26,756 bases of DNA from Lawsonibacter hominis (GTDB lineage Bacteria; Bacillota; Clostridia; Oscillospirales; Oscillospiraceae). The position numbers and the translations under genes are program-made. The notes beneath the pieces are model-generated. The model was not told the origin of the DNA. It searched no databases and saw only the letters and a program-made list of their open reading frames with translations. The stretch's first letter is position 1. Each line of letters begins with the position of its first letter. The stretch lies in the NCBI RefSeq assembly GCF_014287895.1, contig NZ_JACOPP010000032.1, positions 1 to 26,756 of the forward strand. Direction: 5' to 3'. This document shows, piece after piece, positions 7,944 through 16,370 of this stretch.

Positions 7944-8474
7944 ATGATGAATCTGGAAGCGCTGAAGGTCCTCAGAGAGCGCCGCAGCTGCCGCAGCTAC
8001 AAGAACGAACAGATCGCCGACGCCGAACTGGAAGCCGTGCTGGAGGCCGGTACCTACGCACCCACCGGACGGGGCGCACAGTCCCCTGTGATCGTGGCGG
8101 TGCAGGACCGGGAGACCATCGGCCGGCTGCGCAGAATGAACGCGGCCATCATGGGCAACCCGGACGCCGACCCCTTCTACGGCGCCCCCACCGTGTTGGT
8201 GGTGCTGGCCGACAAGAGCCTCCCCACCCATGTGTATGACGGCGCCTGCGTCATGTGCAACCTGCTCAATGCCGCCCATGCCGCGGGCCTGGACGCCTGC
8301 TGGATCCACCGGGCCCGGGAGGAATTCGACTCCGAAGAGGGCAAGGCTCTGCTGAAGCAGTGGGGGATCGAGGGCGACTATGAGGGCATCGGCCACTGCA
8401 TCCTGGGCTACCGCTCCGGCGAACTCCAGAGCGCCGCCGAACGCAAGGCGGACTATGTGATCCGTGTAAAATGA
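7944..8474 (+). CDS. nitroreductase family protein (FMN-dependent)
   Basis: Typical nitroreductase N-terminus (LEALKVLRERRSCRSYKNEQI) and core. Start at ATGATG with RBS GGAAAGGAAGG. The longer in-frame upstream extension in the ORF track has no RBS. Confidence 0.88.
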   Translation: MMNLEALKVLRERRSCRSYKNEQIADAELEAVLEAGTYAPTGRGAQSPVIVAVQDRETIGRLRRMNAAIMGNPDADPFYGAPTVLVVLADKSLPTHVYDGACVMCNLLNAAHAAGLDACWIHRAREEFDSEEGKALLKQWGIEGDYEGIGHCILGYRSGELQSAAERKADYVIRVK

Positions 8475-8480
8475 TCCGGA

Positions 8481-8524
8481 AAAAACGCCCCGCGCGCCGC
8501 TTTTGCGGCGCGCGGGGCGTTTTC
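8481..8524. terminator. bidirectional intrinsic terminator (AAAAA-CGCCCCGCGCGCCGC-tttt-GCGGCGCGCGGGGCG-TTTT)
   Basis: Perfect 15-bp stem flanked by an A-run and a T-run, between convergent nitroreductase (+) and flotillin (-) stops. Confidence 0.85.
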
Positions 8525-8535
8525 GGACGGGCGGG

Positions 8536-9969
8536 TTATTCTGTGGGCGCCGGGGCGTCTCCGGGATCCGGCGCGGGCGCTTCCGGGGCGGCGGGAGGCT
8601 GGGGCGCCTTCTCCTTCCCCAGGAAGGAGGGCAGCTCCATGCCCGCCATCTGGAACATCTCGTTCATCGGCGGGATGGACTTCATCAGCCCTGAGACAAA
8701 ACCCGCTGTGGCGGTTTTGCCGTCCCTGCCCTCGCCGGAATCCCAGACGGTGACCTTGTCGATCTTCACGTTCTTCACCGCGTCCACCTGGATGCGCATG
8801 AGCTCCTCCATCTTGTCGGCCAGCATCAGGCGCACGGCGTTCTCCGCGTCGCCTCCGGCGGCGGAGACGACCTCCCGCAGGCCCTCGGCCTGCTTGACCA
8901 GGACGGCCTGGGCGCCTTCGGCCTCGGCCTGCATTTTGGCCAGGATGGCGTCCGCCTCGCCCTTTGCACGCCGGCGGATCTGCTCGGCTTCGGCCTCGGC
9001 CTCCAGCTCCTTGCGGCGCTTGTCAATCTCGGTCTTGACGATGATGTCGGCCTCTTGGGTGGCCTTCTCGCGGGCGGCACGGGCGGCCTCGGCCTTCTGC
9101 TCGGCGGCGTAGGCCTCTTCCAGCGCCTGGGCGGCGGCGATCTTCTCGGCGGCGGTGGCGATGCGGGTGGCCTCGGCCTCCTTCTCCCGCCGCTGGGCGT
9201 TGGACATGGCTACCTCCACCTTGGAGGTGTTCTCGCCCTGGATGGCGGTGGCGTCGGCCTGGGCGACCTGGATGCGCTGGTCGCGGCGGGCCTGGGCCTC
9301 GCCGATGGAACCGTCGCGGTCCTTCTCGGCCACGTTCTTCTTGGCGTCGTTGATGGCCTTGGCGGCGGCCTCCTTGCCCAGGGCGTCAATGTAGCCGGAC
9401 TCGTCGGAGATGTCGGTGACGTTGACGTTGATCAGGCGCAGGCCGATCTTCTTCAGCTCGCCCTCCACGTTGCGGGAGACGGCCTCCAGGAACTTATCCC
9501 GGTCGGTGTTGATCTCCTCGATGTCCATGGTGGCGATGACCAGGCGCAGCTGGCCGAAGATGATGTCCTTGGCCAGCTCCTGGATCTCCTGCAGGCGCAG
9601 ACCCAGCAGACGCTCGGCGGCGTTCTGCATGACTCCGGGCTCCGTGGAGATGCCCACGGTGAAGCGGCTGGGGACGTTGATGCGGATGTTCTGGCGGGAA
9701 AGCGCGTTTTCCAGGTCCACGGAGATGGACAGGGGCGTCAGGTCCAGAAACTCATAGGCCTGGATCACCGGCCAGATAAAGGCCGCGCCGCCGTGGATGC
9801 ACTTGGCGGACTTGGTGGAGCCGTCCTTGTTGCTGCCCACCTTGCCGTAGATGACCATGACCTTGTCGGAGGGGCATTTCTTGTAGCGTTTGAGCAGAAA
9901 GAGCAGCAGGGAAAAGACGATGACGACGATGACGCAGGTGAGGATGATCCCAAAGATTCCGTCAGGCAT
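8536..9969 (-). CDS. flotillin-like SPFH/Band-7 domain protein (FloT/YuaG-like)
   Basis: N-terminal TM helix, SPFH domain and a long Ala/Glu-rich coiled-coil (EAEAEAEQIRRRAKGEADAILAKMQAEAEGAQ) with a Pro-rich tail. RBS AAGGAGG with 6 nt spacer; 477 aa. Confidence 0.9.
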   Translation of the reverse strand: MPDGIFGIILTCVIVVIVFSLLLFLLKRYKKCPSDKVMVIYGKVGSNKDGSTKSAKCIHGGAAFIWPVIQAYEFLDLTPLSISVDLENALSRQNIRINVPSRFTVGISTEPGVMQNAAERLLGLRLQEIQELAKDIIFGQLRLVIATMDIEEINTDRDKFLEAVSRNVEGELKKIGLRLINVNVTDISDESGYIDALGKEAAAKAINDAKKNVAEKDRDGSIGEAQARRDQRIQVAQADATAIQGENTSKVEVAMSNAQRREKEAEATRIATAAEKIAAAQALEEAYAAEQKAEAARAAREKATQEADIIVKTEIDKRRKELEAEAEAEQIRRRAKGEADAILAKMQAEAEGAQAVLVKQAEGLREVVSAAGGDAENAVRLMLADKMEELMRIQVDAVKNVKIDKVTVWDSGEGRDGKTATAGFVSGLMKSIPPMNEMFQMAGMELPSFLGKEKAPQPPAAPEAPAPDPGDAPAPTE

Positions 9970-9980
9970 GTTTGACCTCC

Positions 9981-10700
9981 TTAATAATGGTTGTCTTGCG
10001 TGGATGCTTCCGTTTCGCTGCGCTCGACCAAAAGAGCGCCTCCCTCCAGCAGACCCGTGACGCGGACCGGACTGCCGGTGGGGATGGGGGTGTCGCTGTC
10101 GGTGAAGGCTTCCAGTTCCCGCAGCTGCTCCTGCACGGTGATGTTCACCTTGCCGGGCGCAGCGCGGCAGGCGGGGATGGTCAGGTAGACCGTGCCGGGC
10201 AGCCCCACGGCCAGGCGCACGTCCAGGGTGCCGTCATACTGCAAACGCATGGCTTCCCGCAGGATCAGGGCGATGCCCACCATGCCCGCGATGCCGATGG
10301 GCACCGCCAGGAACAGGGCCAGCAGGGGGGGCAATCCGATCTGGTTCAACCAGAGCCCGCCCCAGCCGAAGAGCGCCAGGAAGGCCACCACGCCCCGCAC
10401 GGTGAGGATGTGCAGGCCTTGAAGGCCGTGCCCCGCTCCGTCTTCGTCCAGGTCGGCGTCCGGGGACAGGTGCGCGTCGGGATCTCCGCAGCCGTCCGGG
10501 TCCGCTTCAAACGCGGCGTCCATGTCCGCGTCGGCGTCCGTGTCCGCGTCCAGCCCGCCGTCTCCGGCGGCGCCGTCGCTGTCGAACACGCCGCCTACAA
10601 AGAGCAGCACCGTCTGGATGATGAGGATCAGGGTGGCGGGTACGGCAAGGTAGAGCAGGATATGCTCCAGCGGCGTCAGGGATTGCCACCAGGCTGCCAT
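9981..10700 (-). CDS. NfeD family membrane protein (YuaF-like flotillin partner) with a long acidic linker
   Basis: N-terminal TM segments, a D/A-rich low-complexity stretch (DSDGAAGDGGLDADTDADADMDAAFEADPDGCGDPDAH...) and a C-terminal OB-fold-like domain. It ends 11 nt upstream of the flotillin start. RBS AAGGAGG. Confidence 0.8.
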   Translation of the reverse strand: MAAWWQSLTPLEHILLYLAVPATLILIIQTVLLFVGGVFDSDGAAGDGGLDADTDADADMDAAFEADPDGCGDPDAHLSPDADLDEDGAGHGLQGLHILTVRGVVAFLALFGWGGLWLNQIGLPPLLALFLAVPIGIAGMVGIALILREAMRLQYDGTLDVRLAVGLPGTVYLTIPACRAAPGKVNITVQEQLRELEAFTDSDTPIPTGSPVRVTGLLEGGALLVERSETEASTQDNHY

Positions 10701-10786
10701 AAAGCTTCCTCCTTTCGTGTTCTGGGGTTCGATCTATCTTCACAGCGGCCGGTCCTTCCCGCGGCAGGCCGCTGTACCTGTCCGCG

Positions 10787-11344
10787 CTAAGCCAGTTCAG
10801 CCAGAAGCGCCTCGGCCTCCCGCTTGAGCCGGGCGGCCAGGTAGGCCGTCAGGATCACGTGGAGGCAGCGCACCACCCGGTCCCGGGCGCCCGGAACGGG
10901 TTCGCTGAAATCGGATACCGCCGTCTGGCACCAGCGGGCGGCCTCGTCCGGCCCCGTGGGAGGATGCTCCTCCGTCAGGGCCGCCAGGCGCACGATATAT
11001 CGGTAAAGCTGGCTGTCGTCGATCAGATCGTCCGACTCGTCGTCCAGATCGCCGTTGACGTAGGACAGCAGGGCGCAGATCTTCTCCAGCTGCATGGAAT
11101 CCTTCAGCATGTTGATGATGACGATGCGGGAAAACTGGCGGCGGGTATACCGCTTGCGCTCCGGCGGGGCGACAAAGCCCCGGCGGACCCAGTTCTGGAT
11201 CACGTAAGGCTCCAGTCCCGTCAGGCTGGATACCTGGGAGAGCACCAGCCCCCCGGCCAAAAAGAGGGAGGCGAGCTGCGTCTCGGCTTCCTCCGGTCGG
11301 ATCCGTTCCACCGCGATGGTGGTTCCCGGCAGCGTCTTTTGCAT
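10787..11344 (-). CDS. DUF1836-like protein (putative HTH-containing; function unknown)
   Basis: Motif LTGLEPYVIQNWVRRGFVAPP resembles the DUF1836 signature. The start is ambiguous: ATG at 11344 or in-frame GTG at 11353. It is first in the operon with NfeD and flotillin. Confidence 0.6.
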   Translation of the reverse strand: MQKTLPGTTIAVERIRPEEAETQLASLFLAGGLVLSQVSSLTGLEPYVIQNWVRRGFVAPPERKRYTRRQFSRIVIINMLKDSMQLEKICALLSYVNGDLDDESDDLIDDSQLYRYIVRLAALTEEHPPTGPDEAARWCQTAVSDFSEPVPGARDRVVRCLHVILTAYLAARLKREAEALLAELA

Positions 11345-11376
11345 CGCGTTCACCCCTTCTTCCTCTTGGTGACTTG

Positions 11377-11405
11377 ATTGTACGATATAATCGAATGATT
11401 GTCAA
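11377..11405 (-). promoter_or_regulatory. consensus sigma-A promoter: TTGACA, 17-bp spacer, TACAAT (read on the - strand), with an upstream A/T palindrome (TTTTTTAAAAAAA, 11420-11436) as a possible UP element
   Basis: Exact -35 consensus and a near-consensus -10 read from the reverse complement, correctly spaced upstream of the DUF1836-nfeD-flotillin genes. Confidence 0.7.
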
Positions 11406-11496
11406 TGGGGTTCTGAAGATTTTTTAAAAAAAGCATGCAACGCTCTGGAAGGCGGCGGCTGCCGCCGGGGGAAATGGAATTCCGGTGAATTGGTGC

Positions 11497-11525
11497 TTTA
11501 CAAGCTGGGAAGAATATGATAAACT
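11497..11525 (+). promoter_or_regulatory. rpsO promoter: TTTACA, 17-bp spacer, TGaTAAACT (extended -10)
   Basis: Read from sequence. It leaves a leader of about 105 nt before rpsO containing several stem-loops. Confidence 0.55.
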
Positions 11526-11636
11526 ACTACAGCCTGTAAACAAGCAGGCGTTACCCCGGACCTCGTCTCCTGGCTTTCACCGGCCGGTCACGCAGTCCGC
11601 GGGCAGATCTTATTTTATGAAAGGTGGAAACACGCA

Positions 11637-11903
11637 ATGATCCGTAAGGACGAAAAGACGGCCGTCATCGAGGCCAACCGCACCCATCCGACCGACACCG
11701 GCTCTCCGGAGGTCCAGATCGCCATTCTGACCGCCCGCATCCAGGAGCTGACGGAGCATCTGAAGATCCATAAGCACGACAACCACAGCCGCCGGGGCCT
11801 GCTGAAAATGGTCGGCAAGCGCCGCAAGATGCTGGATTATCTGGCCAAGAAGGACGTGGAGCGTTACCGCGCCATCATCGCAAAGCTGGGCATCCGTAAG
11901 TAA
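11637..11903 (+). CDS. rpsO: 30S ribosomal protein S15
   Basis: 88-aa protein with hallmark S15 sequence ([49 protein letters not shown]). RBS AAAGGTGG. Confidence 0.97.
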   Translation: MIRKDEKTAVIEANRTHPTDTGSPEVQIAILTARIQELTEHLKIHKHDNHSRRGLLKMVGKRRKMLDYLAKKDVERYRAIIAKLGIRK

Positions 11904-11914
11904 GAAATGAAATA

Positions 11915-11945
11915 GGGGCGGCGCGAACGCGCCGCCCCTTCTTCC
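11915..11945 (+). terminator. rpsO intrinsic terminator (GGGGCGGCGCG-aac-GCGCCGCCCC followed by TTCTTCCC)
   Basis: Perfect hairpin 12 nt after the rpsO stop; presumably allows partial read-through into pnp, as in other bacteria. Confidence 0.75.
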
Positions 11946-12095
11946 CATGTACCGTTTACAGAGGACGCGCACCAGAGCCCACACGCTTTTTTAGCAGTTG
12001 AAGCTGTGCCCAAAGAGGTTGGACATGCCTTCAAGTGCTAAAAAGAGCCGGGCGGCTCTGATGTGCGGACATACGATTCGATAAGGAGGACGCAC

Positions 12096-14246
12096 ATGTC
12101 AACCATCATCAAACACAAGGAATTCACCAATCACAAGATCTTCAAGACCGAGGTGGCGGGCCGCCCCCTGACCATCGACGTGGGCAAGGTGGCCGAGCTG
12201 GCCAGTGCTTCCGCCATGGTCACCTATGGCGAGACCACCGTGCTGGTGGCCGTGACCTGCTCCGCCCGTCCCCGGGACGGCATCGACTTCTTCCCGCTGA
12301 GCGTGGATTTTGAGGAGAAGCTGTACGCCGTGGGCCGTATCCCCGGCTCCTTCCTGCGCCGTGAGGGGCAGCCCTCTCTGCCCGCCGTTCTGGCCAGCCG
12401 CGTCATCGACCGGTCCATCCGGCCCCTGTTCCCCTATGACTTCCGCAACGACGTGGTGGTCACCGCCACCGTCATGAGCCTGGACCGGGACTGCTCCCCC
12501 GAGGTGACCGCCATGATCGGCGTGTCCGCCTGCCTGGCCTACTCCAACATCCCCTGGGCCGGCCCCATCGGCTGCCTGGAGGTGGGCTATGTGGACGGCC
12601 AGATCGTCATGAACCCCACCCAGGAGCAGAAGCACAAGTCCCAGCTGGACCTGACTGTGGCCGCCACCGAACAGAAGGTCATTATGATCGAAGCCGGCGC
12701 CAAGGAGCTGCCCGACGAGATCATGTACGACGCCATCGTCAAGGCCCATGAGGACATTAAGCAGCAGGTGGGCTTTATCAATGACCTCGTGGCCCAGATC
12801 GGCAAGGAGAAGATGACCTACGACCATGCCGACTTCGATCAGGAACTGTTCGACAAGATCGTGGAGGCCACGATGGACGAGGCCCGCGCCGCCATGGACA
12901 CCGACGACAAGAACGTGCGCGAGGAGCGCTGGAACAAGCTGATCGACCACTGGCACGCGCTCTTCCTGGAGGAGTATCCCGAGATGGACAAGTATCTCGA
13001 GGAGATCACCTACAAATTCCAGAAGAAGATCGTCAAGGCCTGGCTGCTGGAGGGCCACCGTGTGGATGGCCGCGCCAAGAACGAGATCCGCCCCCTCTCC
13101 GCCCAGGTGGGCGTGCTGCCCCGCGTCCACGGCTCCGGCCTGTTCACCCGCGGGCAGACCCAGGTCCTCTCCGTGTGTACGCTGAACACCCTCTCTGCCG
13201 CCCAGAAGCTGGATACCATCTGGGAAGAGGAAGAGAAGCGCTATCTGCATCACTATAACTTCCCCTCCTACTCCGTGGGCGAGGCCCGCGCCGCCCGCAG
13301 CGTCAACCGCCGCGAAAAGGGCCACGGCGCCCTGGCGGAGCGCGCGCTGGAGCCGGTCATCCCCAGCCAGGAGGACTTCCCCTACGCCATCCGCGTGGTC
13401 TCCGAGGTCCTCAGCTCCAACGGCTCCACCTCCCAGGGCTCCATCTGCGGCTCCACTCTGGCGCTGATGGACGCCGGTGTGCCCATCTCCGCCCCGGTGG
13501 CGGGCATCTCCTGCGGCCTCATTCAGGACGATGACGGCAGCTTTACGACCTTTATCGACATCCAGGGCGTGGAGGATTTCCACGGCGAGATGGACTTCAA
13601 GGTGGCCGGCACCAAGGCCGGCATCACCGCCATTCAGATGGACATCAAAAACGACGGCCTGTCCCACGCGATCATCAAGGAGGCCCTGGACATCACCAAG
13701 GACGCCCGCTATGCCATTCTGGACGAGATCATGCTCCCCTGCATCGCAAAGCCCCGGGACGATGTGGCTGAGACCGCGCCCAAGATGGTCAAGATGAAGA
13801 TCGACGTGGACAAGATCCGCGAGGTCATCGGCTCCGGCGGCAAGGTCATCCAGAAGATCTGCGCCGACACCGGCGCCAAGATCGACATCGAGGACGACGG
13901 CACGATCTATATCGCCGGCGTGGACAAGGCCTCCTGCGACGCCGCCAAGAAGACCATCGAGACCATCGTCTTCGTGCCCGAGGTGGGGCAGCTGTACTAC
14001 GGCAAGGTGGTGCGCATCCTCCAGTTCGGCGCGTTTGTGGAGCTGGCCCCCGGCAAGGACGGTATGGTCCACATCTCCAAGCTGGCCGATCACCGGGTGG
14101 AAAAGGTGGAGGACGTGGTCAACATCGGCGATATGATCTGGGTCAAGGTCACCGAGATCGACGAAAAGGGCCGCGTGAACCTCTCCTACAAGGACGCCCT
14201 GAAAGAGATCAAGGCCAAACAGGCCGCCGGTGAGCCGGTCAAGTAG
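12096..14246 (+). CDS. pnp: polyribonucleotide nucleotidyltransferase (PNPase)
   Basis: Two RNase PH-like domains and C-terminal KH (VIGSGGKVIQKI) and S1 (GQLYYGKVVRILQFGAFVEL) domains. Start at MSTIIKHK with RBS AAGGAGG 7 nt upstream; 716 aa. Conserved position after rpsO. Confidence 0.97.
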   Translation: MSTIIKHKEFTNHKIFKTEVAGRPLTIDVGKVAELASASAMVTYGETTVLVAVTCSARPRDGIDFFPLSVDFEEKLYAVGRIPGSFLRREGQPSLPAVLASRVIDRSIRPLFPYDFRNDVVVTATVMSLDRDCSPEVTAMIGVSACLAYSNIPWAGPIGCLEVGYVDGQIVMNPTQEQKHKSQLDLTVAATEQKVIMIEAGAKELPDEIMYDAIVKAHEDIKQQVGFINDLVAQIGKEKMTYDHADFDQELFDKIVEATMDEARAAMDTDDKNVREERWNKLIDHWHALFLEEYPEMDKYLEEITYKFQKKIVKAWLLEGHRVDGRAKNEIRPLSAQVGVLPRVHGSGLFTRGQTQVLSVCTLNTLSAAQKLDTIWEEEEKRYLHHYNFPSYSVGEARAARSVNRREKGHGALAERALEPVIPSQEDFPYAIRVVSEVLSSNGSTSQGSICGSTLALMDAGVPISAPVAGISCGLIQDDDGSFTTFIDIQGVEDFHGEMDFKVAGTKAGITAIQMDIKNDGLSHAIIKEALDITKDARYAILDEIMLPCIAKPRDDVAETAPKMVKMKIDVDKIREVIGSGGKVIQKICADTGAKIDIEDDGTIYIAGVDKASCDAAKKTIETIVFVPEVGQLYYGKVVRILQFGAFVELAPGKDGMVHISKLADHRVEKVEDVVNIGDMIWVKVTEIDEKGRVNLSYKDALKEIKAKQAAGEPVK

Positions 14247-14260
14247 ATCGATTCCCGAAC

Positions 14261-14295
14261 GCTGGCGGCCCGCTGCATTGCAGCGGGCCGCCAGC
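14261..14295. terminator. 17-bp perfect palindromic hairpin (GCTGGCGGCCCGCTGCA/TGCAGCGGGCCGCCAGC) downstream of pnp
   Basis: Inverted repeat read from sequence 15 nt after the pnp stop. No strong U-tract on either strand. Confidence 0.55.
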
Positions 14296-14348
14296 CTGCT
14301 TGCGGAGGGGACTCCCGGCGTTCCGCGCCATTCGTCTTCTGCGCATCG

Positions 14349-14410
14349 AAAAAAGAGGGCTGCGGTCCGTAAGCGCGTGCGCGCGGCGGACCGCAGCCCT
14401 CTCAAAAAAG
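14349..14410. terminator. bidirectional intrinsic terminator (AAAAAAG-AGGGCTGCGGTCCG...CGGACCGCAGCCCT-CTCAAAAAAG)
   Basis: 16-bp stem flanked by an A-run and its complement, between convergent pnp and mtaB. Gives a T-run on the mtaB (-) transcript. Confidence 0.8.
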
Positions 14411-14461
14411 CGGCTTCACCGTTTTCGGGAGCCTCCCGTTGCGCGCCGGGGGGCGAAGGGC

Positions 14462-15754
14462 TTACCGCAGGCGTCCCAGAAGTCCGTCCTCCCGAACGCC
14501 TGTAATCTCCACATCGCATATTACATTGTGTAATTCGTTGCCGGGGGCAAAGACCTCGGTGTAGTTGGAGGCGTGTCCGCGCCACAGGCCGTCCTTTTCT
14601 TCCTCGAAGAGCACGGACAGGGTCCGCCCGACCCAGCGCTCCAGCCAGGCGCGGCGCATCTCCCCGGCCAGCTGGGCCGCTTGGCGGGCCCGCGCCTGCT
14701 TGACGGCATTGGGGCACTGCCCCGGCATGGAGGCCGCCGGGGTGCCCGAGCGCCGGGAATAGGGGAAAATATGCATGGCGGAAAAGGCGCACCTGGAGAG
14801 AAAGGCCAGAGTCCGCGCAAACTCCTCCTCCGTCTCGCCGGGAAACCCCACGATCAGGTCGGTGGTGATACCGGGCCGGTCAAAGAAGTCCCGCAGTAAT
14901 TTTACGCTTTCATAATACCGCGCGCAATCGTATTTCCGGCCCATCCGCCGCAGGGTGGCGTCGCATCCGGATTGGAGGGAAAGGTGGAAGTGGGGGCACA
15001 GGTTGGGCAGGGCGGCCGCCCTGCGGCAGAATTCCTCGGTGACGGTACGAGGCTCCAGGCTGCCCAGCCGCACCCGGCATTCCGGGGCGGCGGCGCAGAG
15101 GGCCTCCACCAGATCGATGAGCGCGCTGCCGTCCCGGAAGTCCGCGCCCCAGGAGGAGATCTCGATCCCGGTGAGCACCAGCTCCCGGTAACCCTCCCCG
15201 GCAAGGCGTTTCGCTTCACAGACCGCGTCCGCCAGCGGCAGGGAACGGATGGGCCCGCGGGCGTAGGGGATGATGCAGTAGGTGCAGAAATTGACGCAGC
15301 CATCCTCCACCTTGAGCATGGCCCGGGTCCGTCCCTCCAGTCCACCGGCGCTCAGGCGCTCATAGGTCCGCCGGCATAGGGCGTCGTCCACCCGGACCAG
15401 CGGCTGCGCCTGCCGCGCCCGGGCCAGATCCTCCAGCGCGTCCAGAAAGGCCATGCGCTCACCGGTCCCCATGACCAGGTCCACCTCCAGCGCACGGACG
15501 GCCTCCGGCGCGGTCTGAGCGTAGCAGCCGCACACCGCCACCACCGCGCGGGGCGCGCGCTTGCGGGCCTGGCGGATGGTCTGGCGGGATTTTTGATCGC
15601 TCACCGCCGTAACGGTGCAGGTGTTGATGATATAGGCGTCGGCCTCTCCCGTGAAGGGGACCAGCGTGTGACCCCGGCGCTCCAGTTCGGTCTCCAGCGC
15701 CTGGGTCTCGTACTGGTTGACCTTGCAGCCCAGGGTATAGATAGCAACTCGCAT
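14462..15754 (-). CDS. mtaB: tRNA (t6A37) methylthiotransferase MtaB (radical SAM MTTase)
   Basis: N-terminal MTTase cysteines (TLGCKVNQYE, NTCTVT, CGC), radical SAM CVNFCTYC motif and C-terminal TRAM domain. The TLGCKVNQYE N-terminus matches MtaB rather than MiaB or RimO. RBS GGGGAGGAAAAAAC; 430 aa. Confidence 0.88.
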   Translation of the reverse strand: MRVAIYTLGCKVNQYETQALETELERRGHTLVPFTGEADAYIINTCTVTAVSDQKSRQTIRQARKRAPRAVVAVCGCYAQTAPEAVRALEVDLVMGTGERMAFLDALEDLARARQAQPLVRVDDALCRRTYERLSAGGLEGRTRAMLKVEDGCVNFCTYCIIPYARGPIRSLPLADAVCEAKRLAGEGYRELVLTGIEISSWGADFRDGSALIDLVEALCAAAPECRVRLGSLEPRTVTEEFCRRAAALPNLCPHFHLSLQSGCDATLRRMGRKYDCARYYESVKLLRDFFDRPGITTDLIVGFPGETEEEFARTLAFLSRCAFSAMHIFPYSRRSGTPAASMPGQCPNAVKQARARQAAQLAGEMRRAWLERWVGRTLSVLFEEEKDGLWRGHASNYTEVFAPGNELHNVICDVEITGVREDGLLGRLR

Positions 15755-15823
15755 GTTTTTTCCTCCCCGCCGGGGCCTGGATTGTGGAAATCACAGATTT
15801 TCGCGTTTCCGGCGGCTTTTCCG

Positions 15824-15853
15824 TTGTAATTTGCCCCCGCGGACGGCTATAAT
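15824..15853 (+). promoter_or_regulatory. putative promoter: TTGTAA, 18-bp spacer, TATAAT
   Basis: Read from sequence upstream of the HPr-like gene. The leader contains hairpin AAGGAGC-gccg-GCTCCTT (15872-15889). Confidence 0.55.
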
Positions 15854-15918
15854 GGGGGCGTATCCATTATAAAGGAGCGCCGGCTCCTTGTACAGAATGA
15901 TTTCAGGAGGGATCGACC

Positions 15919-16164
15919 ATGTCCGGTTTTTTTGTTGCCCTGTCCTCCATTGACGATGTAAAACACTTTGTAGACGCCGCCAGCCGCTGCCCCTGCGAGG
16001 TGGACGTGCTCTCCGGCCGGTATGTCATCAACGCCAAGTCCATCATGGGCCTGTTTTCGCTGGACCTGTCCCAGCCGGTACAGGTGGAAGTCCACGGTAC
16101 CGACGCACAGCGCGGCGCCTTCCAGGCCGACGTGGCTGCGTTCCGGGTGGATGCGGGGCAGTAA
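15919..16164 (+). CDS. HPr-like phosphocarrier-domain protein (atypical N-terminus)
   Basis: The region GRYVINAKSIMGLFSLD aligns with the HPr Ser46 region (GKTVNLKSIMGVMSLG). The His15 signature (GIHARPA) is not recognisable and is replaced by SSIDDVKHF. RBS AGGAGGG; 81 aa. Confidence 0.55.
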   Translation: MSGFFVALSSIDDVKHFVDAASRCPCEVDVLSGRYVINAKSIMGLFSLDLSQPVQVEVHGTDAQRGAFQADVAAFRVDAGQ

Positions 16165-16180
16165 GGAGCGCCCTGGCGGC

Positions 16181-16212
16181 GGGAGCGGCGCGGGGCTCCC
16201 CTTCCGTTTCGT
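16181..16212 (+). terminator. weak hairpin (GGGAGC...GCTCCC) followed by a T-containing tract after the HPr-like gene
   Basis: Short 6-bp GC stem with CTTCCGTTTCGTT downstream; marginal. Confidence 0.35.
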
Positions 16213-16223
16213 TCCGCTTACGG

Positions 16224-16253
16224 TTTACAAGCCCGGCGCTTCTATGGTAGAAT
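16224..16253 (+). promoter_or_regulatory. putative promoter: TTTACA, 18-bp spacer, TGgTAGAAT
   Basis: Read from sequence about 115 nt upstream of the HD-hydrolase start. Confidence 0.5.
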
Positions 16254-16370
16254 AGCGGGGAAACGGCTGTTTCGCCGGGGCCTGGGCGCATCTCGCCCCC
16301 CCGTCCGGCGGCGCCTTGCGCAAAAGGGCCGCGCCTGTGGCCGTATCATTTGATTTCGGGGGGGCGTTTT

